Positions 17,684 to 27,857 of a stretch of 64,000 bases of DNA are shown piece by piece. Below the pieces are notes generated by a model. The model did not search any database and was not told the origin of the DNA. It saw only the letters and a program-made list of their open reading frames with translations. The stretch covers positions 224,001 to 288,000 of the forward strand of contig JBEKVV010000003.1 in the NCBI GenBank assembly GCA_049513715.1, in the 5' to 3' direction. Origin of the DNA: Candidatus Bathyarchaeia archaeon (lineage in GTDB: Archaea; Thermoproteota; Bathyarchaeia; 40CM-2-53-6). Within the stretch, counting starts at the first letter, position 1. Each line of letters begins with the position of its first letter. The position numbers and the translations under genes are program-made.

Positions 17684-19642
17684 TCAAGCGCAAATCGCCT
17701 CAACTTCTGCTAGTAGTTGGCGGTTTGTGAAGTTCTGTTGTTCAATTGCGCCTGACGGGCATGATGCGACGCAGACTCCGCATCCTTTGCAGAGAGCCAC
17801 TGTGATTTCTGCAACATTCTTTGTGCTGTCGAAGGTTATCGCGTTGTATGGGCATAGGCCGACGCAGATCTTGCAGCCGGAGCAGGACTCTTCGTCGATT
17901 AAGGCGACCGTGGGTTCCAGTTCCACTTCTTTCCTGTCGATGAGTGAGAGCGCGTTCGCTGCTGCGGCCGCCCCCTGAGCAACGCTGTCTGGAATATCCT
18001 TCGGACCTTGACAGGAGCCGGCAATGTATACGCCGTCGGCAGCTGTTGAGACTGGGGCGAGTTTCGGGTGCTTCTCCAAGAAGAAGCCATCCTTGCTTCG
18101 ACTAATCGAGAAGGTGTGGGCAACCTGAACTGCGTCTTTCCTTGGTTCCAAACCAAGGCTTAGTACGACCATGTCCACGGGTATCCTTCGAACAATGCCG
18201 AGAAGGGTGTCTTCTGCGACAACAACCAGTTTGCCCTTTTCGGATTGTTCTTGTGCTACATCAGTTACTTCAGCAACTCTGCCCCGGATGAAGGTGACAT
18301 CTTCTTCTAGCAGGCGCTTGTAGAATTCCTCATAGCCTTTCCCAAAGGCCCGCATGTCAATGTAAAACTCGTACACTTTCGCCTCAGTCTTCTCGTGCAC
18401 GAGGTGGGCTGTTTTCAGCGAATACATGCAGCAGACTCGGGAGCAGTACTCGTTGTAGTTCCTGTCTCGGCTTCCGACGCAGTGGACAATGGCCACGCTT
18501 TCTGGCGCTTTGCCGTTCTTGAGCAGTATCTTGCCGCCAGTTGGTCCAGAGGCGTGTGTGAGGCGCTCGAATTCCAGGCTTGTGATTACGTTGGGCAGCC
18601 TCTTGTAACCATATTCCTTGATGCGAGAGGGATCGAAGAGGTCGAAACCTGTGGCCAGAATTGCCGTGCCGACCTTCAAGTCCACGACTTTTTCCTTTTG
18701 ATCGAAATCGATGGCGCCACTCGGGCAGAATTTCTGGCAGACTTTGCAGACGCCCTTCGTGAAGTATAGGCAGTGTTCCCTATCGATTACAGGGGTGCTG
18801 GGAACAGCTTGCGGAAACGGCCTGTAAATTGCCTTTCTCTTTCCCATACCGCATTCGAATTCGCTTGGGACGCTTAATGGGCATTTGGTTTCGCAGGTGC
18901 CACAACCGTTGCATTTCTCCTCGTCGACGTACCGGGGTTTTCGGCGCACTGTTGCAGTGAAGTTGCCAACGTATCCTTGAAAACCGATAACCTCACTGTA
19001 TGACAGGAGGTCAATGTTCTCATGTTGGCCTACGAACACCATCTTTGGTGTGAGGATACAAGCAGCGCAGTCAAGCGTTGGGAACGTTTTGTCGAATCGT
19101 GCCATGTAGCCTCCGATCGTGGGCTCTTTCTCGACAAGGTACACGTGTTTTCCTGCATCTGCCAACTGTAATGCTGCTTCGATGCCGGTAATTCCGCCCC
19201 CCACGATCAGAACATTGGGGTCGACGGGAACTTTCTTGACTTCTATAGGCTCATTGTATGCGACCCGCATCACCGCGGCGCCAACAATCGCCTTCGCGCG
19301 CTCCGTAGCCAAGTGCCGGTCTTCCGTTATCCAAGAGCACTGTTCACGAATGTTGGCCATTTGAAACAGGAATGGATTGAGGCCCGCGTTGCCGACAGCG
19401 CGCCTGAAGGTTCCTTCATGCATTAGAGGGGAGCAGGATGCAACTACGACCCTGGTTAAGCTGAGTTCTCTGATGTCCTTCTTGATCATTTCTTGGCCGG
19501 GGTCGGAGCATGTGTATTGGTAATCTCGCGCGACTACTACGTCGGGGAGACCTTTGGCATAATCCGCTACTGCTTTGCAGTCGACCGTTTTTCCGATGTT
19601 TGTGCCGCAGTGGCAGACGTAGACGCCTATCTTTTCAGCCAT
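17684..19642 (-). CDS. hdrA: Heterodisulfide reductase subunit A (electron-bifurcating flavoprotein)
   Basis: GVYVCHCG, DKTFPTLDCAACIL, HCVGSRD...YCSRVCCMY and two ferredoxin domains. Confidence 0.97.
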   Translation of the reverse strand: MAEKIGVYVCHCGTNIGKTVDCKAVADYAKGLPDVVVARDYQYTCSDPGQEMIKKDIRELSLTRVVVASCSPLMHEGTFRRAVGNAGLNPFLFQMANIREQCSWITEDRHLATERAKAIVGAAVMRVAYNEPIEVKKVPVDPNVLIVGGGITGIEAALQLADAGKHVYLVEKEPTIGGYMARFDKTFPTLDCAACILTPKMVFVGQHENIDLLSYSEVIGFQGYVGNFTATVRRKPRYVDEEKCNGCGTCETKCPLSVPSEFECGMGKRKAIYRPFPQAVPSTPVIDREHCLYFTKGVCKVCQKFCPSGAIDFDQKEKVVDLKVGTAILATGFDLFDPSRIKEYGYKRLPNVITSLEFERLTHASGPTGGKILLKNGKAPESVAIVHCVGSRDRNYNEYCSRVCCMYSLKTAHLVHEKTEAKVYEFYIDMRAFGKGYEEFYKRLLEEDVTFIRGRVAEVTDVAQEQSEKGKLVVVAEDTLLGIVRRIPVDMVVLSLGLEPRKDAVQVAHTFSISRSKDGFFLEKHPKLAPVSTAADGVYIAGSCQGPKDIPDSVAQGAAAAANALSLIDRKEVELEPTVALIDEESCSGCKICVGLCPYNAITFDSTKNVAEITVALCKGCGVCVASCPSGAIEQQNFTNRQLLAEVEAICA

Positions 19643-20536
19643 TTACCTCACAACCTCCAAGTACTTCTCCAAGACTGGTTGACTTGGAATAAGTTCCTCG
19701 TTGATGCCCAGCGCTTTTCTGGAGAAGCCGAATGCTAGGCCTATGAGCTGTGTGAAATACAGAATTGGAATGTTGTATTTGGTTCCGAAGAGTTTGTTGA
19801 CGTTGCCTTGGTAGGCCTCAAGGGTCATGTGACAAAGCGGGCAAATGGTACTAATCATCTCCGCTCCATTGTCGAGAGCATTTTGAATCAGCCCTCTTGC
19901 AAGGTTCAAACCAACTTTCTCACTCGTCATCGCCAGCATTCCACCGCAGCATTTCGCTTTCATCGGGAAGTTCACTGGTTCAACTCCGAGCCAAGTGAGT
20001 AATCTGTCGAGTAGCATGGGGAACTCTTTGTCGTCGATCTCTCCGAAAGGTCGCGTCAATTGGCAGCCATAATACGGTGCGACCTTTAGGCCTGAAAGGG
20101 ACCGCTTCACTCTGGCCTTGATTTCGTTCTCTCCAACATCGTTAACAATTACTTCTAGCAGGTGCCTGACCTTGACGGTTCCGAAGTATTGAAGGTTGGC
20201 GGCTCTGAGCGCAGACCCGATGGTTCTCTTGAGCCTCGGGTTCTCGCCCATGTAGTGGTTAGTCTTGTTTAGGGTTGTAAGGCAGGCTGGACAAACAACC
20301 ACTAGGTCTTTCTTTTCTTTCTCGGCTAAAGCCAGATTTCTTGCCGAAAGAAGATGAGATTTGAGCTCATCGATGGACATGTACGCGGACGCGCCGCAGC
20401 AATTCCAATCATCTAATTCCGAGATTTTGACATCGAGGGCCTTGCAAACTATCCGCGTGGATTTGTCGTAGGCTTTGTTCATGCCCTCGACCGAGCAACC
20501 GGGATAGTATGAGAAGTCAGATTGAGTGTGTGACAT
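19643..20536 (-). CDS. hdrB: Heterodisulfide reductase subunit B
   Basis: Two CCG domains: YYPGC..WNCCG..CPAC and YYGC..KCCG..CPLC. Confidence 0.95.
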   Translation of the reverse strand: MSHTQSDFSYYPGCSVEGMNKAYDKSTRIVCKALDVKISELDDWNCCGASAYMSIDELKSHLLSARNLALAEKEKKDLVVVCPACLTTLNKTNHYMGENPRLKRTIGSALRAANLQYFGTVKVRHLLEVIVNDVGENEIKARVKRSLSGLKVAPYYGCQLTRPFGEIDDKEFPMLLDRLLTWLGVEPVNFPMKAKCCGGMLAMTSEKVGLNLARGLIQNALDNGAEMISTICPLCHMTLEAYQGNVNKLFGTKYNIPILYFTQLIGLAFGFSRKALGINEELIPSQPVLEKYLEVVR

Positions 20537-20537
20537 C

Positions 20538-21155
20538 CTAGCTCGCCTTCTTGGCGCCAAGTCCAGGCCGCAATCCGGCAATCATTGGCTCTGACATGCT
20601 TCCGGCGCATTTCTTCAATTCTGAGGTTCCCCGAATCTTGTGGGGAATCATGGGCAACCTTCCACGCAGGAACAGTTTCGTGGCCCTTGGAATCATGTTG
20701 AGCATTGCGAACGGGTTCGTCTTCAGGTAGAACTTGCTGACAAGCTCTGTTTCCGAAATCCTACCGTATTTGTCAACAATGTTGACGAACAACTTGGAAA
20801 GTACTGGCGCCGCGGCTCTTTTTGGTGTGAGCCCGAACTCAATCGCGAGGCGTTTCAATTCGTACATTACATCGGTTAGCTTGATTCCTGAGGGGCATCG
20901 GACGGTGCATGAGTAGCATGATGCGCATAGCCAGATCGTGTTACTCTTCAACACTCGATCTAGCATTCCGGCTCTAAGTGCGGCGATCACTTCTCGTGGT
21001 GTGTAGTCCATCGCGTAGCTTGTGGGGCATGAGGCGCTACAGGTTCCGCATTGTATGCATTCTTTGATTTTTTCGCCGCCCGGGATCCGGTAAATGTCTT
21101 GAAGGAAGACTTCGCCCAGCGAGTGGGCTTGCCGATCGGGGTGAGCAAGGGCCAT
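20538..21155 (-). CDS. hdrC: Heterodisulfide reductase subunit C
   Basis: CIQCGTCSASCP and WLCASCYSCTVRCP. Start trimmed to ATG 21155. Confidence 0.95.
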   Translation of the reverse strand: MALAHPDRQAHSLGEVFLQDIYRIPGGEKIKECIQCGTCSASCPTSYAMDYTPREVIAALRAGMLDRVLKSNTIWLCASCYSCTVRCPSGIKLTDVMYELKRLAIEFGLTPKRAAAPVLSKLFVNIVDKYGRISETELVSKFYLKTNPFAMLNMIPRATKLFLRGRLPMIPHKIRGTSELKKCAGSMSEPMIAGLRPGLGAKKAS

Positions 21156-21321
21156 AGGTATCGCTACGCGATTAAGACGAAGATTTCGGGTATATGTGTA
21201 GCATATAGAAATGCAAGACTGGTATAGCTTCGTAAGTACTAGTAAATACACTAAGTGCATAGCACTCCCACCAAACGCTCAAAGACCAATAATCACGCCC
21301 CACAACAGCGCAACGAAAACC

Positions 21322-21558
21322 TTGAGCCCATTACACCCAGACCAAATACTGAGAGTCTTAGAAATCACAGATTCACTCAACATACACCGAGAAACGGTCT
21401 TCATACCCCTACTAATGGAAAAGGCTGGATCTGCCATGATACTTCCCGACGGCCGCTTGCAGATAACTTGCCCCGACTCCGGGAACTTTGAGGAATGGCT
21501 CAACGAGCTGCGAGCGCAATTGGAAAAGATGGACCTATCGAAACTGAAGAAACGCTAG
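21322..21558 (+). CDS. Small conserved hypothetical protein
   Basis: Protein-like 78 aa (EITDSLNIHRETVFIPL...LPDGRLQI...FEEWL), divergent from hdrC. Start at TTG 21322 is inferred. Confidence 0.6.
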   Translation: MSPLHPDQILRVLEITDSLNIHRETVFIPLLMEKAGSAMILPDGRLQITCPDSGNFEEWLNELRAQLEKMDLSKLKKR

Positions 21559-21595
21559 ATATCAACTCAACCCGCATGCGCAACTCTGGTGACAA

Positions 21596-22444
21596 TCATG
21601 CATGCTCACCCTCATTCGTGCTAACGGATGAGTTTCTGCCTTTGCCTAGGGACTTGCTGCGTTCATAGGCTGCCCAGATGGCCTTTGACAAAACTGTCCG
21701 CAAGCTTCCCTTCTCTAATTGGTATAGGGCTGCGGCGCTTGTTCCGCCTGGTGAAGTGACCAGGTTGCGTAACTCGGCGGGGTGTTTTCCCGACTTCATT
21801 GCATACATTATGGACCCACGCATCGTTTCAGTGACCAACTGGTATGCCACGTGCCGCGGGAAGCCCAAGTGGACGGCAGCGTCAACCATTGCCTCCATAA
21901 CCAAGAAAACATACGTGGGGCCCGTCCCACTGACGGCAGTTGCCATGTCTAAGAACTTCTCATCGCTCACGTAGAGCTCTTTGCCCAAGGCCTGTAAGAT
22001 CTCCCTAGCTTGTCTGAGTTGCTTTTTGCTTACGCTGCGAGTAGCAGTCCAGACGCTCATACCCTCTCCAATCTGCGCGGGCGTGTTAGGCATTACCCGG
22101 ACTACACTGCTATGTCCCACACCCTTGCCTATCGTCCCGACTCTCGCGCCAGCAACGATTGACATGATCATCTGTTCAGTTCGCAACGCGCCTTTCAGGC
22201 TCAATAGGACGCTGTCTAGGTCCTGAGGCTTTATCGAGAACACGAGTATCTTGCCGGACTTTGCTGCTTCACGGTTGTTCGCGGTGGTCTTGATTCCGTA
22301 CTTTTGCTCTAACTCTTTTCTGCGTTCTTGTCGCGGTTCTGCGACAGTAATTGACTTGTTGCTTAGGAGTTTTCTTGACAAAAGCCCTTGAACCATAGCT
22401 TCTGCCATGACACCGCCACCGATGAACGATACAGAGTCTAGCAA
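21596..22444 (-). CDS. proC: Pyrroline-5-carboxylate reductase
   Basis: FIGGGVMA, VRVMPNTP, TAVSGTGP and VTSPGGTS. Confidence 0.96.
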   Translation of the reverse strand: MLDSVSFIGGGVMAEAMVQGLLSRKLLSNKSITVAEPRQERRKELEQKYGIKTTANNREAAKSGKILVFSIKPQDLDSVLLSLKGALRTEQMIMSIVAGARVGTIGKGVGHSSVVRVMPNTPAQIGEGMSVWTATRSVSKKQLRQAREILQALGKELYVSDEKFLDMATAVSGTGPTYVFLVMEAMVDAAVHLGFPRHVAYQLVTETMRGSIMYAMKSGKHPAELRNLVTSPGGTSAAALYQLEKGSLRTVLSKAIWAAYERSKSLGKGRNSSVSTNEGEHA

Positions 22445-22543
22445 TTTGTTGAATTCCAGTCTGCGAGGGCTTCTAGATACATGTAGGTCTGGAAGATTAG
22501 AGTGGTGCTTCCCCGCTCTTTTGAGTGTGGCGAATGGCCGACG

Positions 22544-23626
22544 CTAACGAGTTGCCCAGCTTAGGATTGTTTCCTGGTGTGTGTCTGTGCTCTTCAGGTT
22601 TGATACTCGGACGCCGATCAATCGGATTTTCTTCGGCGATGCTTCGAATTCAGCAAACAGGGCCCTAACGAACTCCTCAATGATGGCTCTTTCGTCGGTG
22701 AATCTCCAATGTGACCGGGCGCGAGTGAAGGTTGTGAAGTCTTCCAATCGAACCTTAATGCCTACGGTTCGAAAGAGCATGTTCTGTGACAGAGCTCGGG
22801 TGTGAACGTCTTCGATCAATGAGGCAAATGCTTCCTTCACCTTTCCCTTGTCTGCTACGTCTTCTTCGAATGTGGTTTCGGTGCTGATGGATTTGATTGA
22901 GTATGATGCAACTACTTCCTCTTCATCCATTCCGTTTGCAACCTGCCATAGCCGCGTTCCCCACTTTCCGAAAAACTCCGTAAGTTTCCCCGGGTGTGTC
23001 GATGCTAGCTCCCCAATTGTGCTAATCCCCATCTGCTTGAGAAGGTCCGTGCTCTTCTTGCCGATTCCACTGATTTTGCTTGCGGGCAAGGGTGCAAGGA
23101 ATTCCTTCGCTCTCTCCGGTGTGACTACTGTTAGTCCGTCTGGTTTTTTGTAGTCCGAGGCGATTTTGGCTATGGACTTGTTCGGAGCGATCCCCACTGA
23201 ACCTGTCAGCTGTGTCTTTTCTTTGACTTCCTGCTTTATTCTCGTTCCTAGGGTTGCGGCTTCTTCGAAGCTGGACACCTTTCCAGTAACATCCATGAAG
23301 GCTTCATCGATGCTCATCTGCTCAAACTTAACAGCAAACTGACTGAGAATCCGCATGACTTCCTCGGAGGCACGCTCGTAGAGCTCGTAGTTCAGCGGCA
23401 GGTAGACGCCGTCAGGGCAGAGCCGGTAAGCTTGTGAAATCGGTAAAGCTGACCGCACGCCATACTTTCGTGCCTCGTAGGAACACCCAGCAACCACTCC
23501 TCGTCCCTTTCCGCCTTTCGGGTCCGCGCCGACGATCACAGGTTTTCCTTTCAAGCTTGGATTTTCGCGCTGCTCGACTGATGAATAGAAAGCGTCCATG
23601 TCAATGTGCATAATCACCTTAAGCAA
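22544..23626 (-). CDS. dinB: DNA polymerase IV (Y-family)
   Basis: HIDMDAFYSSVE, SYEARKYGV, SIDEAF and KIASDYKKPDG. C-terminal PIP-like QETILSW. Confidence 0.96.
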   Translation of the reverse strand: MLKVIMHIDMDAFYSSVEQRENPSLKGKPVIVGADPKGGKGRGVVAGCSYEARKYGVRSALPISQAYRLCPDGVYLPLNYELYERASEEVMRILSQFAVKFEQMSIDEAFMDVTGKVSSFEEAATLGTRIKQEVKEKTQLTGSVGIAPNKSIAKIASDYKKPDGLTVVTPERAKEFLAPLPASKISGIGKKSTDLLKQMGISTIGELASTHPGKLTEFFGKWGTRLWQVANGMDEEEVVASYSIKSISTETTFEEDVADKGKVKEAFASLIEDVHTRALSQNMLFRTVGIKVRLEDFTTFTRARSHWRFTDERAIIEEFVRALFAEFEASPKKIRLIGVRVSNLKSTDTHQETILSWATR

Positions 23627-23978
23627 CGCTTCTTCCTCACATTTCAAGCGTAGCACTAGTGCTATTCATCTCTTCTTTTGTTGAGACGAGCGGGTAACGG
23701 GTGTGACTCCGGATACTAGTTGGAAGAGACACCTATCTTCTCATAGGCGGACCCTCGCCTTGGCAGTATATTGTGAAAGTGTTCCGCTATCCGGGACTTT
23801 TCTTGCTTATGGCTCTCTGCTGCGCTCTCTCGAAAGTCCTAATGTCAAAACTAAGGCAATCAGCATTGGGTCACCACAATGGCCTAGTGACAATTCATGA
23901 CTGAGGCGTAGACCTAATTCCACCCATTGGAGGGCTACAAGAAATCTTAAGATGCCTATTTGTTCCTAGGCAGATCGG

Positions 23979-25067
23979 TTGGCCTTGAGGTATCTCATAC
24001 TCGTCCTCGCCGTGCTCGTATGCTTTTCGATGACCACTGCCATCCCTCTCGCATCCTCTGCCGTACACGGTCAGCTTGTCCTTGCCCCCTCATCGAGCGG
24101 TTGGGATAGCGATTCGATATGGAGGCCCTCCGTCGTTAAGATTGGGTCTAGGTTCATGATGTGGTATTCTGGTGAGAGCAATTCCATCGGCAACATCGGT
24201 CTTGCAACTTCAACCGACGGCCTAGCGTGGACTCCTTACCCGCAGAATCCTGTTCTAACACCTGGAGCGAGCGGCGAATGGGACGGGAATTCAGTAATTG
24301 AGGCATGGGTCATCTATGACCAGGGTCAGTATAAGATGTGGTACGGTGGACAAACATGGACTCCAACGAATCAGTTGAACTCCTTTCAAATCGGCTACGC
24401 CACCTCCCTAGATGGGATCCATTGGACTAAGTACTCCGGCAATCCGGTCTTCACACCAGGCCCAGCCGGTTCTTGGGATTCCATGTGGGTGTACAGGCCC
24501 ATAGTCATTGTGACCGGATCCTCATATCTAATGTTCTACCAAGGTAGTTCACAAAGTGGTGGAGGCCGAGGCATAGCAACATCATCTGATGGCATACATT
24601 GGAGCCGAATAGGCGTGATCAACCTGCCAACATCAACCTGGGATTCCTACCGCCAACGTGTGACAGGAGTGATGGAAGGAGCGGGAGGCTTTCTCATGGC
24701 GTTTGATGGCTGGACTGGAACCGACGCGGACCCAACGGACATCGGTCTTGCATCTTCAACCGATGGAACCAACTGGACTCCTTACCCCGACAACCCAGTA
24801 ATCACTGCGAGAAGTTCAACCTGGGACGGAGGCGGAATCGGTTATCCTATGGTAGTACTTGTAAACAACCAGTACTACGTGTACTTCAGTGCCTATCCAG
24901 CAAACTCACTCAACAAAAATATTGGAGTAGCAGTGCTGCCCGCGTCTCAATACCCAATCCCCGAATACACATCAATGCAGTTCATGCTTGTCGGAGCAGT
25001 CTTGGCAACCGCGGGTTGCCTAGCATTCCTAAATCGCGAAGCACGAGCGAAACACCGTCCTAGATAA
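23979..25067 (+). CDS. Secreted five-bladed beta-propeller glycosidase-like protein (GH32/43/130 clan-like) with PEF-CTERM-like anchor
   Basis: Signal peptide, five WD..P..MWYxG..IGxATSxDGxxW-type blades, and C-terminal IPEY + TM helix + basic tail. Confidence 0.75.
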   Translation: MALRYLILVLAVLVCFSMTTAIPLASSAVHGQLVLAPSSSGWDSDSIWRPSVVKIGSRFMMWYSGESNSIGNIGLATSTDGLAWTPYPQNPVLTPGASGEWDGNSVIEAWVIYDQGQYKMWYGGQTWTPTNQLNSFQIGYATSLDGIHWTKYSGNPVFTPGPAGSWDSMWVYRPIVIVTGSSYLMFYQGSSQSGGGRGIATSSDGIHWSRIGVINLPTSTWDSYRQRVTGVMEGAGGFLMAFDGWTGTDADPTDIGLASSTDGTNWTPYPDNPVITARSSTWDGGGIGYPMVVLVNNQYYVYFSAYPANSLNKNIGVAVLPASQYPIPEYTSMQFMLVGAVLATAGCLAFLNREARAKHRPR

Positions 25068-25126
25068 CAGATCACCTGATCTTCGGGCATAGCTCGCTCT
25101 GACCGCTACGCGAATTCGCGTAAGCC

Positions 25127-25711
25127 CTAAGCGTAGGTCTTTACTAGAGTGTCGAGTTTCGCGACGGCTTGGTTTGTTACGATTTTCTTTATGTCGTTGC
25201 CTTGGTGGTCTTGCGTTACGAGTAGTGGTCCGAAGTCTTTCACTTCCCAGATCCATACGAGTTCGGTTGGGCCCAGTTCCTCTAAGAGCCTCTTCTTGAC
25301 CTTCACGATTTTTGAGACGGCCAGTGCTGATGCTCCACCGGTGAATTCCGAGTACACTGCTCCGAAGTTCGCCAAGCCTTTCTTCCCGACTTCCCCGAGC
25401 CCACCTTTACCTATGATGATTTTCGTCTTGTATTTCTCAAGGACTGGTGGGGTGAGTGCGTCCATTCTGGTGCTCGTAGTGGGGCCTCCGGCCACTATTG
25501 TCCATTCTTCTCCTTTCTTTTGTGCAATGGGGCCACAGTGGAATATTGGAAGTCCAACCACATCTTGAATGAAGTTGTCTGGTTCGAGCAGCTTCTTGTG
25601 CGCCTGGTCTCTGGCTATGACAATGTCACCAGTCACGAAGAGCACGTCGCCAGCTTTGATTTCAGAGACACGATTGTTGTCTTCTGGAACTTTCAGTCTG
25701 AATTCTGTCAT
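25127..25711 (-). CDS. Class I fumarate/tartrate hydratase beta subunit
   Basis: ARDQAH, HCGP, GPTTSTRMD, IGKGG and EELGPTE...FGPLLV. Confidence 0.93.
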   Translation of the reverse strand: MTEFRLKVPEDNNRVSEIKAGDVLFVTGDIVIARDQAHKKLLEPDNFIQDVVGLPIFHCGPIAQKKGEEWTIVAGGPTTSTRMDALTPPVLEKYKTKIIIGKGGLGEVGKKGLANFGAVYSEFTGGASALAVSKIVKVKKRLLEELGPTELVWIWEVKDFGPLLVTQDHQGNDIKKIVTNQAVAKLDTLVKTYA

Positions 25712-25718
25712 TTCTGTT

Positions 25719-26582
25719 TCACCTGACCACCTTGAAATGCTCGCCTTTGAGCTCGGCTACGGCTACTCTGTTTGCCCAGCATGCGAAGGAGATTGCGATG
25801 GGAAGGCAAGCCGTATGGGTCCCTGCAGTCTCAATGTGGACATCGAGAACCGTTATATCACCGCCTAACCCCATGGTTCCGATTCCGAGCTCATTGATCG
25901 CCTTGACCAATGACTCCTCAAATTTTGCAATCTCAGGGTCCGGGTGACGCGTTCCAAGCGGCCTGAGCAATCCGAGCTTCGAGTTGAGCATTGCGTGAAC
26001 CGCCGACCCACCTATTCCAATTCCTAGGATGTTCGGTGGGCACGTCTTTCCTCCAGCGTCGATAACCACTTGGAGAATGTGCTTGAAGATATCTTGCCGG
26101 CTAGCGGTTGGAACCATCATCTTCAGGTTCGTGAAATTCTCTGAACCTGCACCTTTCAAAATCATTTTCATCATCGTCTTCTTAGTTGACTTGTCTATCA
26201 AAATCTCGGGTTCATTCAACCCGGTATTCGTTCCCGTATTCTTCCGGGTCAGGGGGTTAACGACGTTTGCCCGCATTCCACCCTTTGCTGTAAGGCCTTG
26301 AACACTATGCTCCAGGGCTTTCTCGACTTCATCGAGATGGTTGATGAGCTCTCCGGATATGAAGAGGGTGACGAGTCCTGTGTCTTGGCATAGGGGTATG
26401 TGTTTCTCGTCGCTCAAGTTGGCGCTGTTCAAAATAGCTTCTAGCTGCTTCTTCGCTATATCCTTCGTTTCATGAGCGTGCGCTTGCTTGATGGCGTCTT
26501 GAATGTCGTTTGGCAACTGTGTCGTTGTGTGAACCAGCATTTCGCTCAAGACGGGTTGCAGTTCCTTCGCCGTAAACTCCAT
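25719..26582 (-). CDS. Class I fumarate/tartrate hydratase alpha subunit (Fe-S)
   Basis: PLCQDTG, KGAGSEN, CPP, GIGTMGLGG and CWANR. Confidence 0.93.
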   Translation of the reverse strand: MEFTAKELQPVLSEMLVHTTTQLPNDIQDAIKQAHAHETKDIAKKQLEAILNSANLSDEKHIPLCQDTGLVTLFISGELINHLDEVEKALEHSVQGLTAKGGMRANVVNPLTRKNTGTNTGLNEPEILIDKSTKKTMMKMILKGAGSENFTNLKMMVPTASRQDIFKHILQVVIDAGGKTCPPNILGIGIGGSAVHAMLNSKLGLLRPLGTRHPDPEIAKFEESLVKAINELGIGTMGLGGDITVLDVHIETAGTHTACLPIAISFACWANRVAVAELKGEHFKVVR

Positions 26583-26746
26583 TTAGGCCACCTGTAATCC
26601 GAGGAACCACTTGCCGGCTACACGACTTATGCAGCGCGTCATTATTGCCTGTAGAATATATTCGAAAGGCCCACCCTTGACAGAGTGGAGGCCTGAAGAG
26701 GCGCCCATAAGCTAGAGATACCATACGCTCCATCTGAGATGGGAAC

Positions 26747-27073
26747 TTGGGTGGGAAGATTCACAAGGCTACTATAGGCAACCTACGGGAGATTCTTCGC
26801 GGCGGAAAGCCTGTAGTTGTGGACTTCTGGGCTGGATGGTGTCACCCATGCCATGTAATGGCGCCGATTTTGAGAGGCTTGGCGAAGGAGTATGATGACC
26901 GAATAGTGTTCGCAAAAGTAGATGTCGAGAACAACAAAGACCTAGCTAATCAGTTCAACATCAAGAGCATACCTACAATGGTATTCTTCAAGAAAGGGAA
27001 GGAGTGGGACAGGTTGAGCGGCGTAAAGGGCCGAGCAGAACTGAACAAAATCCTGGAGAAACTCTCAGAATAA
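26747..27073 (+). CDS. trxA: Thioredoxin (WCHPC active site)
   Basis: VVVDFWAGWCHPC and IKSIPT cis-Pro loop. Confidence 0.9.
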   Translation: MGGKIHKATIGNLREILRGGKPVVVDFWAGWCHPCHVMAPILRGLAKEYDDRIVFAKVDVENNKDLANQFNIKSIPTMVFFKKGKEWDRLSGVKGRAELNKILEKLSE

Positions 27074-27143
27074 CCTTGTTTGTCAGATCCGCGAAACCAA
27101 CCCGGGAAAGACTGCGGCTGCCGAAGGTGTGGCCAGAGACGAT

Positions 27144-27857
27144 TCAGTGTTTGAATCGAACGGTTTTTCGTTTGAGTTGTTGTATGAAGTTGGTTGGGTT
27201 TAGTTTCTTGGGGCATGCGTCGGCGCAGTTGAACACTGTGTGGCACCTCCACACTCCATTCTCGCAGCCAATCAACCGCAATCGTTCAGCTCGGGTCCCG
27301 TCTCTTGTGTCGTTGATGAAGCGTGCGGCCTTGAGGAAAGCTGCGGGCCCAGGATAACTTTCGTTAGTCCAGCTCATTGGGCATGCTGAGTAGCAGGCGG
27401 CACAGTCGATGCAATCTATCGCAGTATCAATCGTTTCCCGATCTTTGATCGACTGGAGGAACTCTTTTTCTGGGTAAGGCTCGGGGCCTTCGAAGTACGG
27501 TTTTATCATCTCGATCTTATGGAAGAATGGGCGCAGGTCAACCACAAGGTCCCGAATCACTGGCAAGTGAGGTAAGGGGGCAACCGTGATTTCGTTTCCG
27601 AGTGTGCTTACTTGGGTGTTGCACGCCAATCTTTGGCGACCGTTGATGAACATTGCGCAGCTCCCGCAGACAGCGCTCCTGCATGACGACCGGAAGGCCA
27701 GTAGTCGGTCTTGGTGATCCAGAACTTGGTATAGCGCGTCTAACACTGTCATTCTGGGTTTGACGGGAACTTCGAACGTGTCGTAGCGCGGCTCGGTGTC
27801 GGTTTTTGGGTCGAAGCGTTGAATCTTCAAGCGAATTGTTTCTAGTGCTTGGGTCAA
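27144..27857 (-). CDS. sdhB: Succinate dehydrogenase/fumarate reductase iron-sulfur subunit
   Basis: SCRSAVCGSC, CIDCAACYSACP and WRCHTVFNCADACPK. Confidence 0.96.
   Translation of the reverse strand: MTQALETIRLKIQRFDPKTDTEPRYDTFEVPVKPRMTVLDALYQVLDHQDRLLAFRSSCRSAVCGSCAMFINGRQRLACNTQVSTLGNEITVAPLPHLPVIRDLVVDLRPFFHKIEMIKPYFEGPEPYPEKEFLQSIKDRETIDTAIDCIDCAACYSACPMSWTNESYPGPAAFLKAARFINDTRDGTRAERLRLIGCENGVWRCHTVFNCADACPKKLNPTNFIQQLKRKTVRFKH

Noticed and set aside
14344..21155. Evidence of methanogenesis
   Set aside because: HdrABC-MvhADG is widespread in non-methanogens, and no mcr or mtr genes are in the window.
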